64,000 nucleotides of DNA, taken from assembly GCA_964612945.1 (NCBI GenBank), contig CAZTFR010000002.1:7497-71496 (forward strand), read 5' to 3'. The notes beneath the pieces were generated by a model, which saw nothing but the letters and a program-made list of their open reading frames with translations, did no database searches and was not told the origin of the DNA. Positions 29,233-37,742 of the stretch are shown here, piece after piece (position 1 is the first letter of the stretch; every line of letters begins with the position of its first letter). The position numbers and the translations under genes were made by a program. The stretch is from an uncultured Thermoplasmatales archaeon (GTDB taxonomy: Archaea > Thermoplasmatota > E2 > DHVEG-1).

Positions 29233-30333
29233 TTAGACAAAGTGTCCTTTTTTGTAGATGAGCTTGCCATCTGCGTAGACTTCTCCTTGTTTTCGAAGAT
29301 CAAGCATCATGTCCCAATGCAGGCTTGATTTGTTTATGCTTCCTGTTTCAGGGTAGCCGCTTCCAACGGCGAGATGAATGGTTCCTCCGATTTTTTCGTC
29401 AAAGAGGGTGTTGAGGGTATACTGTTTGACACCGTAGTTGGTTCCAAAGGCAAATTCACCAAGCCGTCGTGCCCCGGGGTCCATGTCAAGCATGGTTTTA
29501 AGGAATTGTTCTTCTTTGGATGCTTTTGCTTTGACCACTTTTCCTTTTGAAAACCAGAGTTGTACGTCATCGACTTCGCGTCCTCCATAGGAGATGGGAA
29601 ATGAGTAGTGTATGTGTCCTTCCGCAGAGGTTTCCACGGGTCCGGTGAAGATTTCACCGTCGGGGAAGTTTTCTTTTCCGTAGCAGTTGATCCATGTTCG
29701 GTTTTCCACGGACAGAGTGAGATCGGTGTCTTCGGCGATGATTTGGATCTTTTTCTTAGTCTCCAAGCGTTTTTTTATGGTTTCTTGTTCTTTTTGCACC
29801 TTTCTCCAGTGGGCTATGGGGTCTTTTTTATGGGTGTGTGCGGCCTTGTAGACAAAGTCTTCGTATTCAGACAGTGACATACGTGCGTCTTGAGCTGAAG
29901 CGTTAGTGGGATATTGGGTAACGCACCAGCGGAGTTCTTTTGTGGCTGCTCGTTTGAGAAAGAGATCATGGAGTTCTTTGTGTGCGACGCTGCTGATGGC
30001 TTGTTTTTTAGGATCAATGTTGGTCATGTTTTTTGTGTTTTCTGGGCTGATAATGGCCAGTCGTGCGTCTATATGCTTGAGTTCGTAAGTATCAATGGGG
30101 TTGACATATTTGAGTTGATGGTCAGCTGCGTTTTTATAAAAGAGTTCAGCAAGACCTGAAACGCCACTTTTGATGTAGGGATGTGCACCTATGTGAAGTG
30201 CCTCTCTGTAGACTTCTCGTATGAGGGGTGCTGCGAGATGGTTTCCAGAGATGACAAAGAGATCATTTTTTTTGAGTTGCAGGCTGTGATGGGTGAGAAT
30301 GTAGGCAAGTTTTTCCACTCGTTTGTCTTTCAT
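29233..30333 (-). CDS. aminopeptidase family M29 (AmpS/PepS)
   Basis: NFPDGEIFTGP, LGEFAFG, LFDEKIGGTIHLAVG..Y, NKSSLHWD. Confidence 0.93.
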   Translation of the reverse strand: MKDKRVEKLAYILTHHSLQLKKNDLFVISGNHLAAPLIREVYREALHIGAHPYIKSGVSGLAELFYKNAADHQLKYVNPIDTYELKHIDARLAIISPENTKNMTNIDPKKQAISSVAHKELHDLFLKRAATKELRWCVTQYPTNASAQDARMSLSEYEDFVYKAAHTHKKDPIAHWRKVQKEQETIKKRLETKKKIQIIAEDTDLTLSVENRTWINCYGKENFPDGEIFTGPVETSAEGHIHYSFPISYGGREVDDVQLWFSKGKVVKAKASKEEQFLKTMLDMDPGARRLGEFAFGTNYGVKQYTLNTLFDEKIGGTIHLAVGSGYPETGSINKSSLHWDMMLDLRKQGEVYADGKLIYKKGHFV

Positions 30334-30438
30334 AACAATCAAACCTGATTATGACATAGTGGTGGTGATGAAATAGTTTTTTCTTTAATAAATAAAAAAA
30401 GCATCTTTTTTGTGCATTACTTATAGGGATTCGTCTGT

Positions 30439-31680
30439 TTAGATATCCTCCCATTCTTTCAAGACTGATTCCCATTTATAATCCTTAATGCCTTTGATTT
30501 CTTCGATGCTTCGAATGATTTTTTCATAGCCACGTACTAGTGTTCGGGTTTGAATTTTTACGATGAAATCATAGGGTCCGGAGACTGCGGTAACCCGGGC
30601 GACTCCATTGATATTCCAGAGGTTCTGCATAATGTCATCAATTGAATACCCGGGTTTCATATGAATGAAAATATAGGCTTTTACCTGGGTGATTGCGTAG
30701 GAGACAATGCCAAGGACAATTAGGACGGTTCCAATGATTTTTAGAAGAATCATCACCGGGTCTGCAGAAACTGCAGGGGCAATAGCAAAATAGGACAAGA
30801 GAAGAGAGAGTGGGATGGTAAACAGAATGGTAGATGAGCGTACTGCTTGGGTCACACTTGCTTTTCCTATGCCAAGGGCGCGGATATAAAACACGTAGGA
30901 AAAAAAGGTAATTCCCATGCTGAGTGAGACAATGTTAACATGAGCAAATGCCTCCTGAAATCCCTCGATGAGATGGGTTGTTCCCATGAGTGCATCAAAG
31001 AGTATACTGATTCCAATAATAATGATACAGGAGAAGAGGACATTCCAAAAGCGGATGTTCATTGCGTCATTTGATCTTCGGTCAATTTTCAGGCGTTTCA
31101 GCTTCCGTTGGTAGATGGAAAAGAGCATCCATGCAGGGTTGACGACGAGAAACACAATCAGCATCGATTCAAGGGTGATCGTTCCAGTGAGACTAATGGA
31201 TCCCAGAAGGGCACCGAAGGTGACAATCATGGCTGATTGCACCTCAGGGAGCGTGGGGATATTTTTTTCCACCACTGATTCGATAAGTACAATGTAGAGA
31301 ATGGCGATTTGCGAAAAAGGAAGCACTGTTGAGGGATCACCCATCATTGACATTAAGGTGAGAAATCCAATAGTGAGAATGGCGTTTCCCACTCCGGCGA
31401 CAAGCTGATAGGAAATTTCTTCTTTTCGTATCAGTCGGAGACGCGTAAAGGAGGGATCGATATATCGTGCTCCCAGACTTTTTCCCTTCACTTTAAGAGA
31501 TAAGATGCTAATAAGCAGAAGCGAGATGGGAATTCCTACCAAGAAATTTGCCAGGGCAAACGCCCAGGCATTGGGGATAAATAAGGCAGAAATTGTGGCA
31601 TCAATGGTGGTCACAATAGATATTAAAATAGCAGAAGAAAATGCGAGCGCGTAAAAAAGATATTTTTTTCTTATTTTCAT
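30439..31680 (-). CDS. DMT/EamA-like membrane transporter fused to a C-terminal Lrp/AsnC ligand-binding (RAM) domain
   Basis: About 10 TM segments in two repeats (YIRALGIGKASVTQ), then KAYIFIHMKPG...VSGPYDFIVKI...IEEIKGI. Confidence 0.75.
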   Translation of the reverse strand: MKIRKKYLFYALAFSSAILISIVTTIDATISALFIPNAWAFALANFLVGIPISLLLISILSLKVKGKSLGARYIDPSFTRLRLIRKEEISYQLVAGVGNAILTIGFLTLMSMMGDPSTVLPFSQIAILYIVLIESVVEKNIPTLPEVQSAMIVTFGALLGSISLTGTITLESMLIVFLVVNPAWMLFSIYQRKLKRLKIDRRSNDAMNIRFWNVLFSCIIIIGISILFDALMGTTHLIEGFQEAFAHVNIVSLSMGITFFSYVFYIRALGIGKASVTQAVRSSTILFTIPLSLLLSYFAIAPAVSADPVMILLKIIGTVLIVLGIVSYAITQVKAYIFIHMKPGYSIDDIMQNLWNINGVARVTAVSGPYDFIVKIQTRTLVRGYEKIIRSIEEIKGIKDYKWESVLKEWEDI

Positions 31681-31916
31681 AGGGCGATTTCTTTTTCTAT
31701 GACATGAGTGGTGGTTTTTCGTACCCCCTCAATCATCTGTAGCTCTTCGGTCACTTTCAATAGTTTCTGAAGTGTGCGTACTTGCACGCGTACTACGATA
31801 TCATGTTCCCCGGCAACGATACTGATTTTACGAATATTTGATATTTTCCTCATCTGTCCGATTGCTTTATCGGTATTTCCGGGTTGCATGGCGATCATGA
31901 TATAGGCATGAATCAT
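31677..31916 (-). CDS. stand-alone Lrp/AsnC ligand-binding domain protein (no HTH)
   Basis: AYIMIAMQPG...VAGEHDIVVRV...IEGVRKTTT; 4-nt overlap with the transporter gene. Confidence 0.88.
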   Translation of the reverse strand: MIHAYIMIAMQPGNTDKAIGQMRKISNIRKISIVAGEHDIVVRVQVRTLQKLLKVTEELQMIEGVRKTTTHVIEKEIAL

Positions 31917-32045
31917 AGTCTTTTTTCACCTGTGATTTGAGGGCGAATATAGATGTCTCTTATAAATTTATGTATGTAATTTGATTTAATTTAGTTTCGT
32001 AGATAGCAATATGCTTATCAAAAACAATGTGTTTGTCGGTTATGC

Positions 32046-33752
32046 ATGGTCTCTGTTGCGATTCTTGATGGCTATGTCGATGAGCCGACCTGTCTTGGTG
32101 TACCACCCTATATAAGTCCGTATCCTCGGTATCTTGCAGGATCGGTGTATGCCTTTGATGCTCATGCGACGGTTCAATATGTAACGATTGATCAGCTTCG
32201 CATGCAACCCGCGCTTGGAAACAAGCTATCTGCATCTGATGTACTAGTTGTCATCGCAGGGATGCATGTGCCAGGGCGGTATCTCAGTGGGTATCCGGTC
32301 AGCCCTGGTGAGCTGCAGCGGTTTCTCCCCCGGATTTCTGGTCCCGTTAAAGTGCTTGCTGGCCCTGCGGCACAACGAGGATTTGGACTTGCTGGTGGAA
32401 AAAGAAGTGTGGACACGTCGACGCTTTCGCATCTCTTTGATGTCATTACCGTCGGTGACGGTGAAGCAGTTCTACCTGAGGTACTCTCAAGACTGCCTAT
32501 GATTGATTCTGTTGATTCCTCCCGCTGTCGCACACAAGATATGCTTCATGATTCTGCAGTAAAGGGTGCCTCTGTAGTCTCACAGCATCCCTTTTTCCCT
32601 TCATATCTTATCGCCGAAATTGAAACCTACCGCGGGTGTGCACGAAGTATTCGAGGCGGGTGCTCTTTTTGTAGTGAGCCATTGAAAGGATCACCACAGT
32701 TTCGCCCGATTCAGGATATTCTCGATGAAGTTTCCGCACTGTACCTCCAGAGGGTACGTCATTTTCGTCTGGGTAATCAACCCTGTCTTTTTAGTTATCT
32801 AGCCCATGATGCTCAGAAAAAAGAATTTCCGCGACCCAATCCAGAAGCACTTGAACAGCTATTTTCCGGTATCAGACAGGTCGCTCCTGATCTGAAAACA
32901 CTGCATATCGACAATGCAAACCCAAAGATTCTCTCCTTATATCCTGAGGAATGCACAAGGATTGCACAAACCATCCTTACCTATCATACTTCTGGTGATG
33001 TTGCTGCGTTTGGAGTGGAAAGCGTCGATCCAAAAGTCATCAAAGCCAATAATCTGAAGGCAAACCAGCAGGAGGTATTTGATGCAATAAGGCTCCTCAA
33101 CCATGTCGGCCGCAAACGTGGCAGCAATGGCCTCCCTGAGCTTCTTCCTGGGCTTAACTTTGTCTTCGGTCTTCAAGGTGAAACAAGGAAAACATTTGAT
33201 CTGAATCTTCAATTTCTTAAACAGATACGAAAACAAAACCTGCTTGTGCGAAGAATTAATCTCCGCCAGGTCATGCCACTACCCGGAACACCGATGAGCC
33301 GGTTTGGAGAAAAAAACATCCGCAAACACAAAGCATCATTCAAACAGTTCAAACGAACGGTTCGAGAGATCATTGATCGCCCCCTCCTCAAGCGGCTAAT
33401 CCCCGAAACAACAGTGCTTACTAATGTGTTCACAGAACTCTATCGTGGAAAAACAACCTTCGGACGTCAAATAGGAAGCTACCCCCTCCTCATAGGGATA
33501 CCAGGAATCCTTCCGCTTCATCAGTTCATCAACGTCAAAGTCATCGGATACGGCTATCGATCACTCACCGCGGTACCCTACCCCCTTGACATCAACACCA
33601 CCTCCCAAGAGACACTTACCGCCCTACCAGGAATTGGAAAAAAACGAGCCCTCCGAATCCTACGCAGCCGCCCCTACGAATCCACACAACAGCTGCTGCA
33701 AACACTGGATGATCCCACCGTTGCACAGACCTTGATGGAATACATAAACTGA
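32046..33752 (+). CDS. radical SAM protein with TRAM-like and helix-hairpin-helix C-terminus (COG1031-like)
   Basis: LDGYVDEPTCLGVPPYISPYPRY, IETYRGC-x7-CSFC, FGVES, GRQIGSYP, LTALPGIGKKRA. Confidence 0.85.
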   Translation: MVSVAILDGYVDEPTCLGVPPYISPYPRYLAGSVYAFDAHATVQYVTIDQLRMQPALGNKLSASDVLVVIAGMHVPGRYLSGYPVSPGELQRFLPRISGPVKVLAGPAAQRGFGLAGGKRSVDTSTLSHLFDVITVGDGEAVLPEVLSRLPMIDSVDSSRCRTQDMLHDSAVKGASVVSQHPFFPSYLIAEIETYRGCARSIRGGCSFCSEPLKGSPQFRPIQDILDEVSALYLQRVRHFRLGNQPCLFSYLAHDAQKKEFPRPNPEALEQLFSGIRQVAPDLKTLHIDNANPKILSLYPEECTRIAQTILTYHTSGDVAAFGVESVDPKVIKANNLKANQQEVFDAIRLLNHVGRKRGSNGLPELLPGLNFVFGLQGETRKTFDLNLQFLKQIRKQNLLVRRINLRQVMPLPGTPMSRFGEKNIRKHKASFKQFKRTVREIIDRPLLKRLIPETTVLTNVFTELYRGKTTFGRQIGSYPLLIGIPGILPLHQFINVKVIGYGYRSLTAVPYPLDINTTSQETLTALPGIGKKRALRILRSRPYESTQQLLQTLDDPTVAQTLMEYIN

Positions 33753-33788
33753 TACATTAAAAAATGATGTCCGTATTTCACCTGTAGC

Positions 33789-34250
33789 ATGACCCTCAAA
33801 AACTATGAAATCTTAGAAGACGCCATAAACTATCATTTCACCAACAAGGCACTTCTTGAGGAGGCATTAACCCATAAAACCTATGCATTTGAGTCACCAA
33901 CACCGATTCAATATAACGAACGGCTCGAATTCCTTGGCGATAGCATCCTCAATTTCATCGTCGCCGAACAACTCTACAAAAGCAACCGCTACTTCTCCGA
34001 AGGAGAACTCACCCGACGACGTGCCTCTGGGGTCAACAATCGCTTCCTTGCAGATATCTCAAAAAAACTGGGAGTCGGTTCCTATCTCAACCTGGGACGA
34101 GGAGAAACCAAACAACATGGTGCAAAAAATAGAACCAATCTCGCCAACGCACTCGAAGCACTCATTGGCGCGATCTATTTGGACTCCGACATTGACACCG
34201 TCCGCGACTTTATTTTAGATACAATCTTTTCAAAACAATTTGTCTTTTAG
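33789..34250 (+). CDS. rnc: ribonuclease III catalytic domain without dsRBD
   Basis: EALTH, NERLEFLGDSIL, EGELT, LANALEALIGAIYLD; stops at 153 aa. Confidence 0.9.
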   Translation: MTLKNYEILEDAINYHFTNKALLEEALTHKTYAFESPTPIQYNERLEFLGDSILNFIVAEQLYKSNRYFSEGELTRRRASGVNNRFLADISKKLGVGSYLNLGRGETKQHGAKNRTNLANALEALIGAIYLDSDIDTVRDFILDTIFSKQFVF

Positions 34251-34351
34251 GTCACTAAAAACCGAATCGCACACCCTATTAGAAACACCACCGACAATGT
34301 GAGCAGATAAAACAGTGTCGTTTCCCATTTTTCATCGAGCAGTAACTGCAC
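34247..34351 (-). CDS. putative 34-aa single-TM microprotein
   Basis: GGTGAGG SD, GTG start, MQLLLDEKWETTLFYLLTLSVVFLIGCAIRFLVT*; its stop overlaps the rnc stop. Confidence 0.5.
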   Translation of the reverse strand: MQLLLDEKWETTLFYLLTLSVVFLIGCAIRFLVT

Positions 34352-34500
34352 CCTTTCCTCACCACCACAGGAATTTTGTAGCAACAATAAATACTTTTCT
34401 ACTCATTTTACGACAGCTGACGAAAAAATAGAAAAATAAGCAAACGATAATGTATAATTAGGTAAAACACGATAACCTACTGTAGGAGCCGGATGCAACG

Positions 34501-34935
34501 ATGTTTGTAAAAGATGTAATGACCAAAGATGTTGTCACCATCGAAAGTAACAAAACTATATTTGAAGCCTGTCAAAAATATCAACAATACGGCGTCAGCT
34601 GCCTTGTTGTCATGACCAACGGCGTTGTCTCCGGAATTATCACAGAACGAGACATGATTGAGCGGGTCATCATCTCAGAAAAAGACCCCCTGAAAACCAC
34701 GGTAAATGAAATCATGTCAAAAAACATCAAAATGGTTCATGCATCAGCAAAAATTGAACAAGCAGCAGAGATGATGAAGGAAAATAAAATCAAGAAACTT
34801 CCGGTCATCCTCAACTCGGAAATCGTAGGCATCATCACTGTCACCGATCTTGCCAACTCTATGCCCAACCTTGCAAAAGAATTCGGAGTGACAAGTCAAC
34901 CCTTCAGATTCATCGGACCAACAGACGCAGACTAA
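34501..34935 (+). CDS. CBS-domain protein
   Basis: Two CBS repeats (VKDVMT...GIITERD; VNEIMS...IKKLPV...GIITVTD). Confidence 0.93.
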   Translation: MFVKDVMTKDVVTIESNKTIFEACQKYQQYGVSCLVVMTNGVVSGIITERDMIERVIISEKDPLKTTVNEIMSKNIKMVHASAKIEQAAEMMKENKIKKLPVILNSEIVGIITVTDLANSMPNLAKEFGVTSQPFRFIGPTDAD

Positions 34936-35170
34936 CATCAACACTAGAACGATACAATTTTTCAAAGATGTCGAAACGGAACCTATATAATTTTTATAGA
35001 GTACTTTAAAAAAAGACGAGTATAGACTATATATAATGTACACACCGTACTCTTTTATATCATCATGTTCATCACTAAAATAGACCATACGCGGTTCGAT
35101 ATTTAAGGGAGAGGACATAACAAAATGTCACTCTCCAATCCCTTAGGGATGAGATGACATGATAGCCTAT

Positions 35171-35269
35171 ATGAAAAAATGCCCCGGCTGTGGTTTAGGC
35201 GTGTTACAACAACTAACAATCTGCCCATATTGTGCAGCAGCAATCAACCAAATAGCACACCACAAATAA
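35171..35269 (+). CDS. CPxCG-type zinc-ribbon microprotein (32 aa; alternative start 35159)
   Basis: MKKCPGCGLGVLQQLTICPYCAAAINQIAHHK*; CPxCG plus CPxC; TATA-like TTTAAG at 35102. Confidence 0.65.
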   Translation: MKKCPGCGLGVLQQLTICPYCAAAINQIAHHK

Positions 35270-35327
35270 TTACAAAAAAGATGCTAAAAGTCTCCTCACT
35301 ATATTATTTGTTGGCGAACGAGTTTTT

Positions 35328-35885
35328 TTAATCAGTATAGTTCCAGTTTTTATAGGTGTTATTTCGAATGATCTGCTGTTTGGTTTGCCCATCTAATTCT
35401 TCTGAGGAGAGCCGGTCAATAATGGTGCCTTCGGTATCTCGGACAAGAATGCTGCTCTCATCGGCGTTGTAATCTGTTGTATAAATGGTTCCATTTCGAT
35501 AAATCAGTCCTGCTTCTGAGTCATAGATGGGTTTTCCACCGAGCTGTAACTCCGGGTCGGCATCTTTGATGTCTTGCAGATTTTTCAGCTGGTAGGCGTC
35601 TTCGGCCATGGAAATCATGGTTCGAAATCGCTGGATGCTTTTCGGGTTTTTTTCATGTTTCAGCTGGTTTTTCACTAATGAGATGATCGCGGGGATATGA
35701 TTTTGATCTGATTCAAGTAAGATTTTTTTCCAAAACCAGTTGTAAATCTTACTTCCCCGTGCGTTGATATGCTCTGGCGGTTTTTCGGGATAGAGAATAA
35801 TGCGTCCGCTTAAGGTGCGGTGTTTTTTCCGCCATTCGGTGCGTTGCCGGTCAAGTTGTTTTTTCCTTTCCTTGTTGCGGCCCAT
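35328..35885 (-). CDS. hypothetical protein with basic N-terminus
   Basis: Long ORF filling the gap; probable start MGRNKERKKQ; no family recognised. Confidence 0.7.
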   Translation of the reverse strand: MGRNKERKKQLDRQRTEWRKKHRTLSGRIILYPEKPPEHINARGSKIYNWFWKKILLESDQNHIPAIISLVKNQLKHEKNPKSIQRFRTMISMAEDAYQLKNLQDIKDADPELQLGGKPIYDSEAGLIYRNGTIYTTDYNADESSILVRDTEGTIIDRLSSEELDGQTKQQIIRNNTYKNWNYTD

Positions 35886-35995
35886 TCTAATAAATGATGC
35901 ATGTTTCAGGATATAAAGCTTGTGGATGGGTGACTGCAAGTACTTGTAGAGAATCTTTTAAATGAGGTATCTGGATATATTTTTCGTGTGGCACT

Positions 35996-36859
35996 GTGGA
36001 TGTCATTGAAACGTTTGATTTAACAAAGTATTATCGTAGGATTCGAGGAATCGAAGGGATTTCACTTTCTGTTCAGAAGGGTGAGATTTTTGGTTTTCTT
36101 GGTCCGAATGGTGCAGGGAAAACTACGATGATTCGTACCCTGCTTGGTTTTCTGAAGCCGACTGGTGGTCATGGTACCATCTTTGGCTTAGATATTGTCA
36201 AGGATTCCACGGAGATTAAGCCAGATGTGGGGTATATTCCTGGTGATTTGAGTTTTTATGGCTATATGACGGGGAGGCAGTTTTTATCCTATTTTGATGG
36301 TCTGCGTGGCTTTAATGGGTTTCTTCTTGAGGATCTTCTCAGCCGGTTTGATCTTCCTCTTGATCGTAAGATTAAGGGATATTCAAAGGGGATGAAGCAG
36401 AAGTTGGGGATTGTGCAGGCATTTATGCATGATCCAGAGTTGGTGATTATGGATGAGCCTACTTCGGGTTTGGATCCGTTGCTGCAGCAGGAGTTTTATG
36501 AGTTTCTTTTGAAGGAAAAGGATAAAGGAAAAACTATGTTTTTTTCGTCTCATATCCTCAGTGAGGTGGATAAGATTTGTGATCGGGTGGCAATTATTCG
36601 TGATGGTGAGCTGGTTGCCCTTGAGGATGTGGACACCTTGAAGGATCGGCGGGGGAAGAAGTTTCGGGTGCGCATTAAAGAGGATCCGTCGTCGTTTTCT
36701 GGTCCTTCGGAGATGACCATTCGGGATGGATGGATTGAGTTTACAAGTGATGATGATATTGATCGATGGGTGAAGAAGCTCTCCCGTTTTACGGTGCTTG
36801 ATCTGGAGATTCAGGAGTTTAGTCTTGAAGATATTTTTCTGCGGTACTATCGGGGGTGA
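35996..36859 (+). CDS. ABC-2 type transporter ATP-binding protein
   Basis: GPNGAGKTT, YSKGMKQK, MDEPTSGLD, SSH. Confidence 0.95.
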   Translation: MDVIETFDLTKYYRRIRGIEGISLSVQKGEIFGFLGPNGAGKTTMIRTLLGFLKPTGGHGTIFGLDIVKDSTEIKPDVGYIPGDLSFYGYMTGRQFLSYFDGLRGFNGFLLEDLLSRFDLPLDRKIKGYSKGMKQKLGIVQAFMHDPELVIMDEPTSGLDPLLQQEFYEFLLKEKDKGKTMFFSSHILSEVDKICDRVAIIRDGELVALEDVDTLKDRRGKKFRVRIKEDPSSFSGPSEMTIRDGWIEFTSDDDIDRWVKKLSRFTVLDLEIQEFSLEDIFLRYYRG

Positions 36860-36863
36860 TGAG

Positions 36864-37664
36864 ATGAGTGAGGTGTTTGCGTTGCGGGTGATGAAACAGA
36901 CCATGCGTGATCTGTGGAAGATTTCTCTTATGTTGTCGCTTCTTTTTGCAGGGATGGCGGTGATGTATTCTAGTGCATTTCCGTTGTTTAAGGAGAATCT
37001 TGAGGAGTTTGCAGAGGGTTTTGGTGGGTTTCCGTTGCGTGGTATGTCCGATTTTACCTCCTATGCTGGGTTTTTGAATTTGGAGTTGTATCAGATTTTT
37101 TGGCTTCTTATTTTAGGGTTGTTGATTGGGTTTCTTTCTGCATCATTGGTCTCCCGGGAGGTGGAGGGAAAAACCATTGATCTGGTGATGGCAAATCCGA
37201 TTTCTCGCAAACAGTTTATTTTCGAGCGATATCTGGGAATTTTGCCGATGATTCTTCTCGTTAACGTCGTCACTTTTTTTGCGGTGTATGGCATCACCGT
37301 TGCCATTGATGAAACCGTGGATGTGGGTAATTTAGTGTTAACTCATGTGGTTTCGATTCCTTATTTTTTTGCTATTGCAGCTGTTGGGCTTTTTGTGTCT
37401 GTTCTTTTTGATGAAAAAACCAGAGCGGGTATTGTAACAGTGGGCATTCTTATGGGGATGTATATTGTTCAGACGATTAGTCTTCTCTCTCCGGATTACG
37501 AAAATGTTGCTTATCTGAGTCTGATGCATTATTTTGATCCTTCGGAGACTCTTTTGTCTGGCTCTGCTGATGCATTTGGCCTAGTGGTGCTAATCGTAGT
37601 TACCCTTGAATGTTTGCTGGTCTCCATTCTTTTCTTTGAGAAAAAGGATATTGCGGTAAGCTAA
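36864..37664 (+). CDS. ABC-2 type transporter permease
   Basis: Six TM segments, SREVEGKTIDLVMANPISR, FEKKDI C-terminus; start MSEVFALR after GGGGGTGA SD. Confidence 0.9.
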   Translation: MSEVFALRVMKQTMRDLWKISLMLSLLFAGMAVMYSSAFPLFKENLEEFAEGFGGFPLRGMSDFTSYAGFLNLELYQIFWLLILGLLIGFLSASLVSREVEGKTIDLVMANPISRKQFIFERYLGILPMILLVNVVTFFAVYGITVAIDETVDVGNLVLTHVVSIPYFFAIAAVGLFVSVLFDEKTRAGIVTVGILMGMYIVQTISLLSPDYENVAYLSLMHYFDPSETLLSGSADAFGLVVLIVVTLECLLVSILFFEKKDIAVS

Positions 37665-37742
37665 AGCAGGGGTAGCTTGTTTTATACGAAACGTTTATAT
37701 CATGATAATGATGTATATTAGATATAAATAGGGGAAATTTAT

